A DNA stretch of 64,000 bases from an uncultured Planctomycetia bacterium (GTDB lineage: Bacteria > Planctomycetota > Planctomycetia > Pirellulales > Thermoguttaceae), in the NCBI GenBank assembly GCA_963719885.1, contig CAVRDP010000030.1, forward strand, positions 66,250-130,249, in the 5' to 3' direction. Shown piece by piece: positions 8,835 through 18,274 of the stretch. Position numbers and translations under genes: made by a program. Within the stretch, counting starts at the first letter, position 1. Every line of letters starts with the position of its first letter. Below the pieces are notes generated by a model. That model made no database searches, had not been told where the DNA came from, and saw only the letters and a list, made by a program, of their open reading frames with translations.

Positions 8835-9939
8835 GTGATGTCCCTTTATCCGGCCCTATCCGGCCCCTTCATTGCTGTACATAGCCAAATAAATGCCAAG
8901 AAGTCGGGTGGAAGTGGAAACCTGTATCAGGCAACGATCGACGCACTCTGGGCGGAGGCTCGCCGACTGTCGACTCTCCCCTCGCCGCAATTTGGCCCGA
9001 AGTATGTGACCAGTGAGCCCGGAACGCTGTGGGGGCTGTCGCCGAACCAGCGAATGATGCTGGCCTTGTCACGGGCCAAGGCTCAACTCCCGTCAGCGCT
9101 TTACCAGAAGTTCGAAGAGCTTTTCACACGGACGAATCTTCTCATCATGGGTGGCGCGGTAGGGGTATTGGTTGCAGCCCATTTCTTCGGGGTCGGCGAA
9201 ATAATTGACCTTATTGGACTAGCATGGATTGGGGTTGATTCCGCGGTGACTCTTATTGACCTTTGCGGCGCAATCGCGGACGCCAGGGCTGCGGTTGATG
9301 ACGCTGCAGATTGATGTCGCCGCATCGCGGATCGCAAAGGACTTTTCCGAACTCGTGCGGACTGGGGCATTGACGCTCGGAGGCGCGGGAGCCGGGAAAT
9401 TGGGTCGTGCAGGGGCGCGGTTACTGAAAGGCAAGCGCGTAACTGTTCCCGAGGTGCCACCGGAAGCGCCGCCGCCACCGCCCGAGGTGCCACCGCCACC
9501 GCCCGAAGTGCCGCCGGTTGAACCACCGGTTGAGCCGCCGCCGGTTGAACGGACGCCAGTTCCTGGTGGTGACCTGGCAGTGCATGAAGCGGCTGGTGGA
9601 CATACGATTGCCGAACATGTTGGACGAACAACTGAGCAGTTGGCTACACGACTCGTTGATGAGCCTAAGATTCCCGCAGCATCCACATTTCCCAATATTG
9701 CTACGGCCGAAAGAGCCACAGCCGATGCTCTTCAAGCACGGTCGGCGGAGATTGCAAGCTGGCTTTCCACCAGCGCTAAGAGGCTGGTACTAAAAGTACC
9801 ATTGCTCTATGATGTTGGCATCAGTTTGGCCCGTGGAGCTACCACTCCTGTCAATGTACGGTCGGTATTGATCGTGCTACAGCGAGATGCGTCTTTTCCA
9901 TCGGGATACCGAATTATCACAGCCTATCCGGTACCATGA
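8835..9939 (+). CDS. Polymorphic toxin with C-terminal RNase A-like (CdiA-CT type) domain; one frameshift as assembled (~9290-9310)
   Basis: ORFs 8835..9314 and 9256..9939 overlap in different frames. N-terminal ~150 aa contain hydrophobic helices. A Pro-rich linker follows (PEVPPEAPPPPPEVPPPPPEVPPVEPPVEPPPV). Then AAGGHTIAEHVGRTTEQLATRL...ASTF...ITAYP, which resembles the bacterial RNase A-like toxin domain. GC is lower than in the flanks. Confidence 0.7.
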
Positions 9940-10232
9940 GCGAAGACAAATACAAAAACCTCCGGCACTTACTTGGTTCGTACTTACACCAAGATTGGAT
10001 GTTGGAGTTTCAAAACCCATTTGATGCTATTGCAGCTTTCAGGGAACAGGAGCCTACTGAATCTGTTCAGGCGGCTTGTAGGGAGCTAGAAGAGGTTATT
10101 CCCTTGGTTGAGGGTATGCAAGACGCCGAAACGTTCTTATGGCAGGTTCTATCGTGTTACTATTCCCCTAGGACGGACGGGTTATCGGTTGCCGATTGGT
10201 TTCGACTGGTTCGCAATAAACTTTGCGGGTAG
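9936..10232 (+). CDS. CdiI-type immunity protein
   Basis: ATGA start/stop overlap with the toxin. 98 aa. LLGSYLHQDWMLEF...DAIAAF...VLSCYYSPRTDGLSVADWFRLV resembles the contact-dependent-inhibition immunity family. Confidence 0.65.
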   Translation: MSEDKYKNLRHLLGSYLHQDWMLEFQNPFDAIAAFREQEPTESVQAACRELEEVIPLVEGMQDAETFLWQVLSCYYSPRTDGLSVADWFRLVRNKLCG

Positions 10233-10429
10233 GTGTTCTGGTGCCCTGGTCCAGCGACCCCGCCAACCGACGATCCAGCGAAGCAAACGCCCCCGCAGCC
10301 AGAACGGCTTGGGCGGCGGACGGAAAGATGGCTGAGCCCTTGCTGTGTTGGTCCAACGACCTTTTACAACCGATCGGATGGATAAGAGAACACCCCGGAA
10401 GGGGCAAGATTGGCATGCGGGTCAAGTAG

Positions 10430-10969
10430 ATGGCTGAGCCCTTTCGTCGCCTCGGCGACGCGCCGCAACTGGCTTTTGAGGAGATTTGGCTCATCTTCCG
10501 ACAAATATGGTTGGTCGTGTTGGTGCTCCTTGCGGCGCTCGGCAGTCTTGCCGTGGCAACCGCCGCAGAACCCAAGGAGGCGGTCAGCAAGGCGAAAAGC
10601 CCCCGAAAGGAACTGACGGTGGACCTTGGCAAGGGCGTGAAGCTGGAGATGGTCTTGATCCCGGCGGGCGAGTTCCTGATGGGTTCGCCCGATTCGGACA
10701 AGGGAGCCGTCACCTGGGAGAAGCCGCAGCATCGGGTTCGGATAACCAAGCCGTTCTACCTCGGCAAGTATCTGGTTACGCAGGAGCAGTGGGAAGCTGT
10801 CATGGGCAAGAATCCGAGCCACTTCAAGGGATCGAAGAATCCGGTGGAAACAGTCAGTTGGGACGACTGCCAGCGGTTTCTCGGCAAGCTCAATACAAAG
10901 ATCGGCACGCACGGCGGAAAGTTCGTATTGCCGACTGAGGCACAGTGGGAATATGCCTGCAATCCTTAG
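10430..10969 (+). pseudogene. Formylglycine-generating enzyme (SUMF1/FGE) family protein, 3'-truncated
   Basis: Signal/TM region, then MVLIPAGEFLMGSP...PQHRVRITKPFYLGKYLVTQEQW...NPVETVSWDDCQRFL...LPTEAQWEYAC. It stops abruptly (NP-TAG) exactly where the 195-nt repeat copy 1 begins. The C-terminal half of the domain is absent. Confidence 0.75.
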
Positions 10970-11165
10970 TCGCCAACTCGTTATTATTTCTGTTCGTTTC
11001 ACCAAACTCAACGCGGCCCCGCGGTCCTGGCGGTTGTACCCGGTTCGCGGGCAGGCGGCTCCGTCAGGGGACCAGCAGCCAGCACAAAAGTTCGGGAAAA
11101 ACCTGATTCTACCCCCGCTAACGTGGAGACGCAACTTGCAATGGCGACTAAATTTCGAATCGCAG
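10969..11165. repeat. ~195-nt direct repeat, copy 1
   Basis: GTCGCCAACTCGTTATTATTTCTGTTCG...GGCGGTTGTACCCGGTTCGCGGGCAGGCGGCTCCG...AAGTTCGGGAAAAACCTGATTCTACCCCCGCTAACGT... Near-identical to 12218-12415, same orientation. Confidence 0.85.
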
Positions 11166-11202
11166 TTTTCTCAAACGTCTTGACACGCTCCGCGTCCACT
11201 GC

Positions 11203-11380
11203 TCACGACGCGTTCTCCGGCTTTAACGTGAAAGCCAATTCGCAGCCGCGGGGCGCCGGCGGGCGCTCCATCAAACGGCGAATCGCGGCCACCAACGGCT
11301 GGATCGCCACGTCATGCGCCGCCGACCTTCCACTCCAACGCGGCCAGCTTTCCGGCTAACTCCTTGTGTCGCAAATCAGC
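11203..11380 (-). pseudogene. Possible C-terminal remnant of an ORF6N/KilA-type phage-related protein
   Basis: Reverse frame reads ADLRHKELAGKLAALEWKVGGAHDVAIQPLVAAIRRLMERPPAPRG..., with no start codon and stops upstream. Resemblance to ORF6N C-termini is from memory only. Confidence 0.3.
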
Positions 11381-11562
11381 GCCGAGACCACCCGGATTAG
11401 TGGTCGACTCCGTTCGGAATGGTCATACTACGGAGATTTCAGGCAAAACTGTGGATCGTCGAGTGTGTCGTCTATTGACTAGCCTACCGAGGACCGTATA
11501 TTAAGGATGGAGGCTTTGGTTGGCCCTTGCGGGCCGGGCATTGCCTTCGTTTTTTCTTGCGG

Positions 11563-12087
11563 TCACTCCTGCTCATTCTCGCGGTCGAAGTGGCCACGCA
11601 GGTCGTCCAGATAGAGGTAGACGTAGTCTTTACGAAGCCGCCCTTGTTCTGGCTTTGGCGCATCTTGATCCACCACAGATGCAAAAACTTGGACGTTGAA
11701 ACTGGCGGCTATATCCAGAACCGCGTGGACGAACTCCAAGACCTTGCGGCTAAAAGCAACAATTTCCAGGAAGGTTGGATTGCTGGTCGCCTGCCCTCGG
11801 GCGGCCTTTCCCTTCCGCAGCAACGAATTGGCCAGCGCCGCGCAGTCGTCGGTTGGGATAACAACATCGCGTTGGGCCTCATAGAAGCGGTCGGGCTTCA
11901 GGAGTTTTTTTGCCTTCATCTCGCCAGCGTAAACGTCTCGCAAATAATTGCCAAAATGATCTCTTTCCGCCGAGCGAATGGCACGCACCAGATTCCAAAG
12001 CATGTCTTCCGCGACGGCTACGCCCGCAAGCACTTCGCATGGCGTCCCGCTCTTGTTATGCCCGCTCTCGTCGACAAATAGCAGCAT
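11563..12087 (-). CDS. DUF3800 domain-containing protein
   Basis: 174-aa intact ORF starting MLLFVDESGHNKSG (the DESG motif of DUF3800). Lower GC than surroundings. Lies between the two 195-nt direct repeats. Confidence 0.75.
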   Translation of the reverse strand: MLLFVDESGHNKSGTPCEVLAGVAVAEDMLWNLVRAIRSAERDHFGNYLRDVYAGEMKAKKLLKPDRFYEAQRDVVIPTDDCAALANSLLRKGKAARGQATSNPTFLEIVAFSRKVLEFVHAVLDIAASFNVQVFASVVDQDAPKPEQGRLRKDYVYLYLDDLRGHFDRENEQE

Positions 12088-12217
12088 GATCTACCTGGTG
12101 GCGTTCATTTCGGACCAGGCGCCAGCCACCAAATATGGAAGTCTAGGGGGTGTGCGCCTATCGATCATATTTATTGTGCCTGGATTTCGTGGCCGCGACC
12201 CCCTGTTTGTTCCCCGT

Positions 12218-12415
12218 GTCGCCGACTCATTATTATTTCCGTTGGGTTCACCAAACGCAACGTGGCCCCGTGGTCCCGGCGGTTGTACCCGGTTCGCGGG
12301 CAGGCGGCTCCGACAGGGGACCAGCAACCAGCAGCACAAAGTTCGGGAAAAACCTGATTCTACCCCCGCTAACGTAGAAACACAACCAGCAATGGCAGAT
12401 AGGTTCGATTTCGGC
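12218..12415. repeat. ~195-nt direct repeat, copy 2
   Basis: GTCGCCGACTCATTATTATTTCCGTTGG...GGCGGTTGTACCCGGTTCGCGGGCAGGCGGCTCCG...AAGTTCGGGAAAAACCTGATTCTACCCCCGCTAACGT... Confidence 0.85.
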
Positions 12416-12716
12416 AAAAAGATGATTGACAGGAACATGGCCTGTGAGTACACAGGCGACAGAAAAATGAGGAGCAGAAACATGAGGAAGGAGGAAGCGT
12501 GAAGCGGCGCTGATGCGCACGGATCCACCAGGAAGATGGGGGAGTTTACTCGCTTTTTGCTGTGCGCTTGTCGCGAGATTCCGCTGTTTCGCAACTCCTT
12601 TGGGACGAACGCCTTGCGGCAATATGGTAAGCCGCGACCACATGTACAACCGTACCAAATCGCCTGCTCCTGCGTACTTATTCGTAGAGAAAAGTCGTGC
12701 GCAAGGAGCAGGGAGC

Positions 12717-12762
12717 AGAGTACGGAGTGCAGAGTACACAGTACCGAGTGCAGAGTACAAAG
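12717..12762. repeat. Heptamer (AGTACNN) array, reverse orientation
   Basis: AGAGTACGGAGTGCAGAGTACACAGTACCGAGTGCAGAGTACAAAG is the complement of the GTACTCN arrays at 6.5-8.7 kb. Confidence 0.8.
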
Positions 12763-12831
12763 AATAAATATGGATACGTAGGCTATATCAGTAATATCCG
12801 TGGACCTATAACGACCAAAAGGAGATCGAAC

Positions 12832-13188
12832 ATGCCTAGCCCAAAAGAAAAACCGGCCTCCGCAACGCAATTGCGGAAGGAGGCCCTGCTCGCACAAGTC
12901 TGCAGGCTGGCGCTGGCCGGCCAAAGCTGCCGGCAGATCGCCGCGACGTGCGGGCTGCCCAAGTCGAGCGTCCATCGCTGGCTGGAAGCCCTTCGCGAGG
13001 ACTGCCCGACGAGAAAAACCTCATGGGCGGCAAGAAACCGGCGAATTCCTCGGGAAAGGTTCGCCCGGCCGGCTGCGGGCGATTGTGTTGTCCGGAAATC
13101 CGGAACGCCGAACTGTACAAAATCACCGGCTAAAACGTACTTATTAGGGCGAAGAATGAAGGATGATGAGGGAGAACGACAGGATTGA
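12832..13188 (+). CDS. Small helix-turn-helix protein, possibly a remnant
   Basis: AAGGAG upstream of the ATG at 12832. QVCRLALAGQSCRQIAATCGLPKSSVHRWLEAL looks like a resolvase/transposase-type HTH. The C-terminal ~60 codons look non-coding. Confidence 0.35.
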   Translation: MPSPKEKPASATQLRKEALLAQVCRLALAGQSCRQIAATCGLPKSSVHRWLEALREDCPTRKTSWAARNRRIPRERFARPAAGDCVVRKSGTPNCTKSPAKTYLLGRRMKDDEGERQD

Positions 13189-13444
13189 ATGGCCGTCACG
13201 CCCGCCATTTGCGCAAAGGACCCGAAACGACGCGAATTCTTGCTACCGTCCGACGGCTATATGCGTCAGGACCCAAGGAGTTGTAAACCATCCTTTTCCC
13301 GTGTTTTCTCAAGCAGAAGAAATAGCGGTGCCACTCCGGTGGCTATGGCATAATATACTATCCGTGGTAAAAAACAGGCGAAAATCAGAAAGCAATTCGT
13401 TTTTTGGCAAAGTTGGCAAGTGCCCCCCAGTGGGATGAGGATTA

Positions 13445-13535
13445 AGGCGGAAGGATGAAGGATGAAGGCGGAAGGATGGGGAAGCCGCCCTCACCCCCGG
13501 CGCCTCTCCCGAGTACGGGCGAGGGGAGGGGAGAG
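13445..13535. repeat. GAAGGATGAAGG tandem motifs followed by a CCCTCACCCC/CTCTCCCGAGTACGGG hairpin element
   Basis: AAGGCGGAAGGATGAAGGATGAAGGCGGAAGGATG (13445-13480), then CCCTCACCCCCGGCGCCTCTCCCGAGTACGGGCGAGGGGAGGGGAGAG. Related motifs occur at 13151-13172 and 13941-13960. Confidence 0.7.
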
Positions 13536-13965
13536 ACAAGGGATCACCTCGATTTTGGACCACATTGTGGTGGACCACAAGGAAGGCATCCACACCATGT
13601 AAGTACCGCATGGAAAAGCACTTACGGATGTTTTTTCCGGACCGCGAAGATTGCCCGGCTAGCGGTCTTTTTTGTTCTTGGATTATTTGCTTGGCGCATT
13701 GCCCCCTGCGTGGGGGATCGAGTCTCGATTTTCGGCCAAAACCTCTGTCGCCGATTCAGCAGCGGTGGTCCATGACGATCCGCGGCCAAGAAAGGCGTTG
13801 AACGGGGTTTTGTCCCGGTATTAGGGCGTTTTTTCAAGAACAATGCCCGCCGGGGAGACGAATTTGGACCACACCGTGATAGACCAAGATTTTTTCCTAG
13901 AAATGCGCGACCGACAAGAGGAGAAAGAAGGAGGAGAGACGAAGGCGGAAGGATGAAGGGAGCGC

Positions 13966-13990
13966 GGAGTACACAGTACCGAGTACAAAG
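13966..13990. repeat. Short heptamer (AGTACNN) array
   Basis: GGAGTACACAGTACCGAGTACAAAG. Confidence 0.6.
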
Positions 13991-14064
13991 CGGCGGATAG
14001 AAAACGGCCGGGATCGATGAGTAACGTCTTGATACGGTTTGATCTTAGCTTCTCGGGCGGCTGC

Positions 14065-14531
14065 TCACGGCGCCAGCGAGCGGCCATAGCTCAGCCACGG
14101 CCAGGGCACGGCGCAGAGCAGAACCGCCAGCGCGGCCGTGTAGCAGATGACGGCAATCCGATACTTGCGGCGATCGTCGCTCAGCCGCTTCGAGACCGAA
14201 AAGCCGACCTGCCCAAAAACCACCGCCGTGAACATTGCCAGGGGATGGATCAGCCCGAAGAAAGTCGTGGCGAACGCATCAGGCCCGGCAGCCCCGCCGG
14301 AAAACAAGGGGCGAACGACCGGACTCTGAAAGTACAAGGCCAGACCGATCAAGAACTGCGTGGCCAAGGCACTGGAGAACACCAGCCCGGCCAGCCGTTC
14401 GCGTCGCGTCCAGGCCGATTGGGCAAGCTGCCCCGCGCCAGTGCGCGGACGACGGCCCACAGGCCGGAAAAGAGGATGATCCACAAGATGAGGGTGTGCA
14501 GATGAAGCGTCGCGACGTACAAGTGAGACAT
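14065..14531 (-). CDS. Hypothetical integral membrane protein; one frameshift as assembled (~14425)
   Basis: ORF 14349..14531 (MSHLYVATLHLHTLILWIILFSGLWAVV) continues in ORF 14065..14484 (hydrophobic segments LVFSSALATQFLIGLALYF, FFGLIHPLAMFTAVVFG, IAVICYTAALAVLLCAV). Confidence 0.5.
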
Positions 14532-14570
14532 GGTGGAATTCTATCGCCTAGCGTCAAGGTTTGCAATTGC

Positions 14571-17546
14571 TCACTTCGCCGGGTGGCCGCTCTCGTATTC
14601 GGCCCGGACCTCCCTTGCCGAGAGCGGCCGGGCCCAGATCTTCACCCCGCCCATCAAACCATGATAGAAGCAGGGACGACCGTCGGCGTTTCCGTTCCAG
14701 GCCTCGCGGCCGAGAACCACCGGCTCGGCGTTGGTGCAACGCTTCTTCGGGTTGTCGAGCTTGGCCACCGCTTCGCCGTTGCAATAAAGGACGACCCCCT
14801 TGCCCGCGTCGACAACCGCGGCCAGATGGCACCAGACGCCGGCCTTGACGACGGCGGGCGAGCGGAAGTTGAAGCTCCAGCGGTCGGTCTCGTCGTTCGC
14901 CTCGAACTCGATGCCGCCGTCCCAAAGGCTGAGCACGAACGGCGCGGCCACGCCGCCCCAACGCTTTCCGATCAATCCATGGCGTCCGGCGACCGTGTCC
15001 GGCTTGATCCAAAGGTCCAGAGTCAACGACGGCAGGTTCAGGATTTGCGCGTCGTCGGCACGCAGGAAGCCTTCACCGGAAAACTTGATCGCCTGGCCGT
15101 GGATGCCTCCCGGCGCGGACTGCACTCCGGGTCCGACGGCGTCGAAGCTGTGGCCGGTGGCGTCACGAAACCGCGTCTTGTCGGCGCCGTCGACAAGGGC
15201 CTTCTCGCCGTTCCAGGCGGCGACGGGCTCGCGCTGGGCGAAAAGCTCGCGCAGCCGCTGCTCCGCGGCGGCCAAGGCCTCGGCCTCGTCCCACACCGGT
15301 TGCCGGACGTTCGTGAAAATGGTTGTCTCGCAAGAGGACGCCCTGCGCGGTGCGGCAGACGCAAACCCCGACGCCGTTGTTCTCCACCAGGTTGTCCTCG
15401 ACGATGACGTTTTTCACGAGCGGATCGTTTCGCCCGCCCGGGAGCGGAACGCCCGCCGACAGCTCGTTGCCCAGGGCGATGCGGGCGTTGTTGCGGAGGC
15501 GATTGCCGCGGAGGACCGTGCCCATGGTGATGGGCAGCCGCCACTCGCTGCCGACCAGGCCGAAGACACCGAGGTGGGCCTCGCCGGAGAGGCAATGGTT
15601 ATCGTGATCGGCGCGATAGATGTTGCCTTCGAGGATTTCGTTGTCCAGCCATTGCACGAACCAGCTCGGCTGGACGCCGCCGTAGTTCATGCCGAAGTTG
15701 TGGAAGCCCGCCGTCCGCGCGGAGCGGTTGCCGGCGATGATGTGCTCCAGCGAAGCCCCGTAAATCTGCACCGCCACGCCCGTGTCGGAGAAGTCGTTGT
15801 CCAGGATCAGCCACTGACGGAGGAGATACGTGGTGGCGACGGTAGAGGAGGCGTCGGGAACGACGTCCCAGGGGCGATCGGTCACGATTCTGGGCCCCTC
15901 GAAGCGGGCGATCGCGCGCCACTGGCCCTGCCCCTTGCCGTCGACCACGTAGACCGCGGCGCCCTTCATCCGGTCGCGGAGCCAGGGCGGCGTCTTTTCC
16001 GCGATGTCCTTGGGCAGAGTGACGCCGGAGGCGTCGCCCGCCGCGATCCGGCCGTGATAGACCTCGCCGGAGGAATCGGAGGTGATCGACTCGCGGTCGC
16101 CGCCGTGTTCCAGGGCGAACGAGTTGCGGCGGATGAAGACGTGTTGGAGGTTGCCGAAGCCCAGCCCGCCGGCGGCGCCCCAGGACATCAGGTCGCAACC
16201 GACGTACTTGTTGTCGGCGATGACGACGCCATCGCCGCCAAAGACGCCGCCGCCGCCCCAGCGTCCCGCGCCGAGGATGTTGCGTTCGATGCGTGCCCCG
16301 CGCGGTTCGATCAGGCTGATGACGCAACTTGCCGAGTACAGATCGCAATCGCTGACCTCGACGTTTCGCCCGCCGAGGGTCGCCAGCCAATAGCCGCCGC
16401 CGAAGCCGACCTTCAAGCCCTCGCGATAGCGGCGATCGACCTCCTCGGGCTCGGGATGGCCGTAGTACAGGTTCGCCCGCACCCGCAAGCGCCGCAGGAA
16501 GACGTCGCCGGCGTCGGGGGTGCGCGTGTCGGCGGCAATGATCGTCTTGTAATTCGCGCAGTAGAGGGTCAGATCTTCGAGGCCGAAGCTGTTCTTGCCG
16601 CGGACCAGGGCCTCGGGCGGTTTGGGGAAATCGGGCCAAAGCAGGTTGACCAACTCCCGCTTCTCGCCGCGAAGGACCGTGAATCGCGGCACGCTCAGCA
16701 TGGCGGAGACGAGGTAACGGCCGCGGGGAAAATAGACTACGCCGCCGCCGTTCTTATCGGCAGCCGCCAGCGCCGCTTGGACCGGCGTGGTATCGTCCTT
16801 CACGCCCGTCCCCTCAGCGGCGAAATCCTTGACGTTGAAGACGGTTTGCGGCCAAGTCGGCAGTTTCTCGACGCGGGTGATCGCCGGCTCGCTCCAGGCC
16901 GCGCTGCCGCCGCGGCCGTTATGCGTGAAGACCTCGTAATCTCCGGCGGGCAAGTCTGCCGGCAAATCGACGGTTGCCTCGTAAGCGTCGCCGTGGGCCG
17001 TCAGCGAGATCGTTCGACGGGGCGAAGTCGGCGTCGCGCTGCTGCCGCCGGCCGACGCCCGCGGTCCCTCGAGAACGACCGTCGTCGTCGCCCCGCCCGT
17101 GTCGCCTGCGGCAAGATTCTTGCCGAACAAGCGCAATGTTCCGCCCGGACTGGTCGATGTCCCGCAATTGCCTTGCGTCCACCAGATCGTTGGGCGGTTG
17201 AGCAGGCCCGTTACACGCCGCTCGCCGTGGCAATGCGATAGGCGAAAACGCCTGGCGGCAGCGTCGCCGGCACGATGAACTTCAGCGAATTGTCCGTCGC
17301 CTGCAAGGTTTCGACCTTGGCGCCTTCGCCGGGCCAGGTGAAGCGGGCCCGCGTGGGGCTGCCCGCGGCCGTGTCGGCCAGGCGGACTATTTCAACCGTG
17401 GCATGATCGCCCAGCGCATCGCCGATCGCCATGACGGCCTGGCCAGGGCCGACCGGATCGGAGGCCCAATACAGGTGCGGAGCGGCGGCAAATGCCGACG
17501 CGGAGCACAAGGCGACGACAGCCAAAGCGATACGGCATGTTCTCAT
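14571..17546 (-). CDS. Exported pectate-lyase-fold beta-helix protein with C-terminal LamG domain; at least two frameshifts as assembled (~17215, ~15300)
   Basis: Three collinear ORFs. 17211..17546 has a signal peptide (MRTCRIALAVVALCSASAFAAAP). 15163..17136 has FNVKDFAAEGTGVKDDTTPVQAALAAADKNGGGVVYFPRGRY plus repeated beta-helix turns. 14571..15296 is LamG-like (SLTLDLWIKPD...VWCHLAAVVD...LYCNGEAV). Confidence 0.7.
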
Positions 17547-17726
17547 TGTTGTTTCTCCTGGATGCTTCGACCTTGTCGATCCCGCGAATCGAACGCGGGA
17601 TGGCGCGACACGTGGCCGGTAGGGTCACCTCTTCGTTCAAACAGGGAATCTGGACGGTTCGAACTGTTTCAGCCCGAGAGGGGCGGACGGCACACCGACC
17701 ACGCTGCGCGTGGTGCCCGGTGCCTG

Positions 17727-18264
17727 CTACTTTGCAAACGCTGTTTCGGCGGCCTTCTGCAAGGCCGGCCAGATTCGTCCACCGTCCTTGCCGGGGTAGC
17801 CCGCATGCTGCACCATGTACACCATGACCAACCCGCGCGGCGGATCGATCCACATGTTCGTCGAATACGCGCCGCCGTGCCCGCAAGGACCGACCGGAGC
17901 GGGGTCGCTTGGGCCGTGCAACTTTCGCGAAGTGCTCCAGCCGAGGCCGTAGCCGCCTTCGTTCGGGCCACGACCGAGCAGGTCGCCGGTCTGCGTGGAG
18001 GTCATCTGCCGGATGGCCGCGGCCGAGAGCAACCGCTTGCCGTGATACACGCCGCCGCCGAGGATCATGCGGCAAAAGGCGCCCGACGTCGCTGGCGGTG
18101 GAGAACAGCCCGCCGGCAGGCGACGGGCCGCGCTTGTGGTCATCCAAGGGATAGCTGAGCTGGCCGATCGTCGTCTCCTCCAGTTCCTGCTGCGTGCCCT
18201 TGGGGTGATAGGGCAGGCAGAGCAGCAGGATCGCGCAAACAGGGAAACAGCGACGAATGTTCAT
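17727..18264 (-). pseudogene. Truncated serine hydrolase (beta-lactamase family) remnant; also frameshifted (~18075)
   Basis: A signal peptide (MNIRRCFPVCAILLLCLP) is joined directly to the C-terminal third only (AGGLFSTASDVG / FCRMILGGGVYHGKRLLS...GYGLGW...GHGGAYSTNMWIDP). The SxxK catalytic region is absent. Confidence 0.6.
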
Positions 18265-18274
18265 GATTGAAAGC

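Noticed and set aside
10364-11134. Minus-strand ORF of 256 aa.
   Set aside because: It is antisense to the FGE-family gene and runs through the non-coding 195-nt repeat.
13700-13735. A tRNA-like T-arm (GGGGATCGAGTCTCGATTTTC) as a tRNA gene or integration site.
   Set aside because: I could not build a cloverleaf around it: no acceptor or anticodon stems. It is just a short GATCGAG/CTCGAT palindrome.
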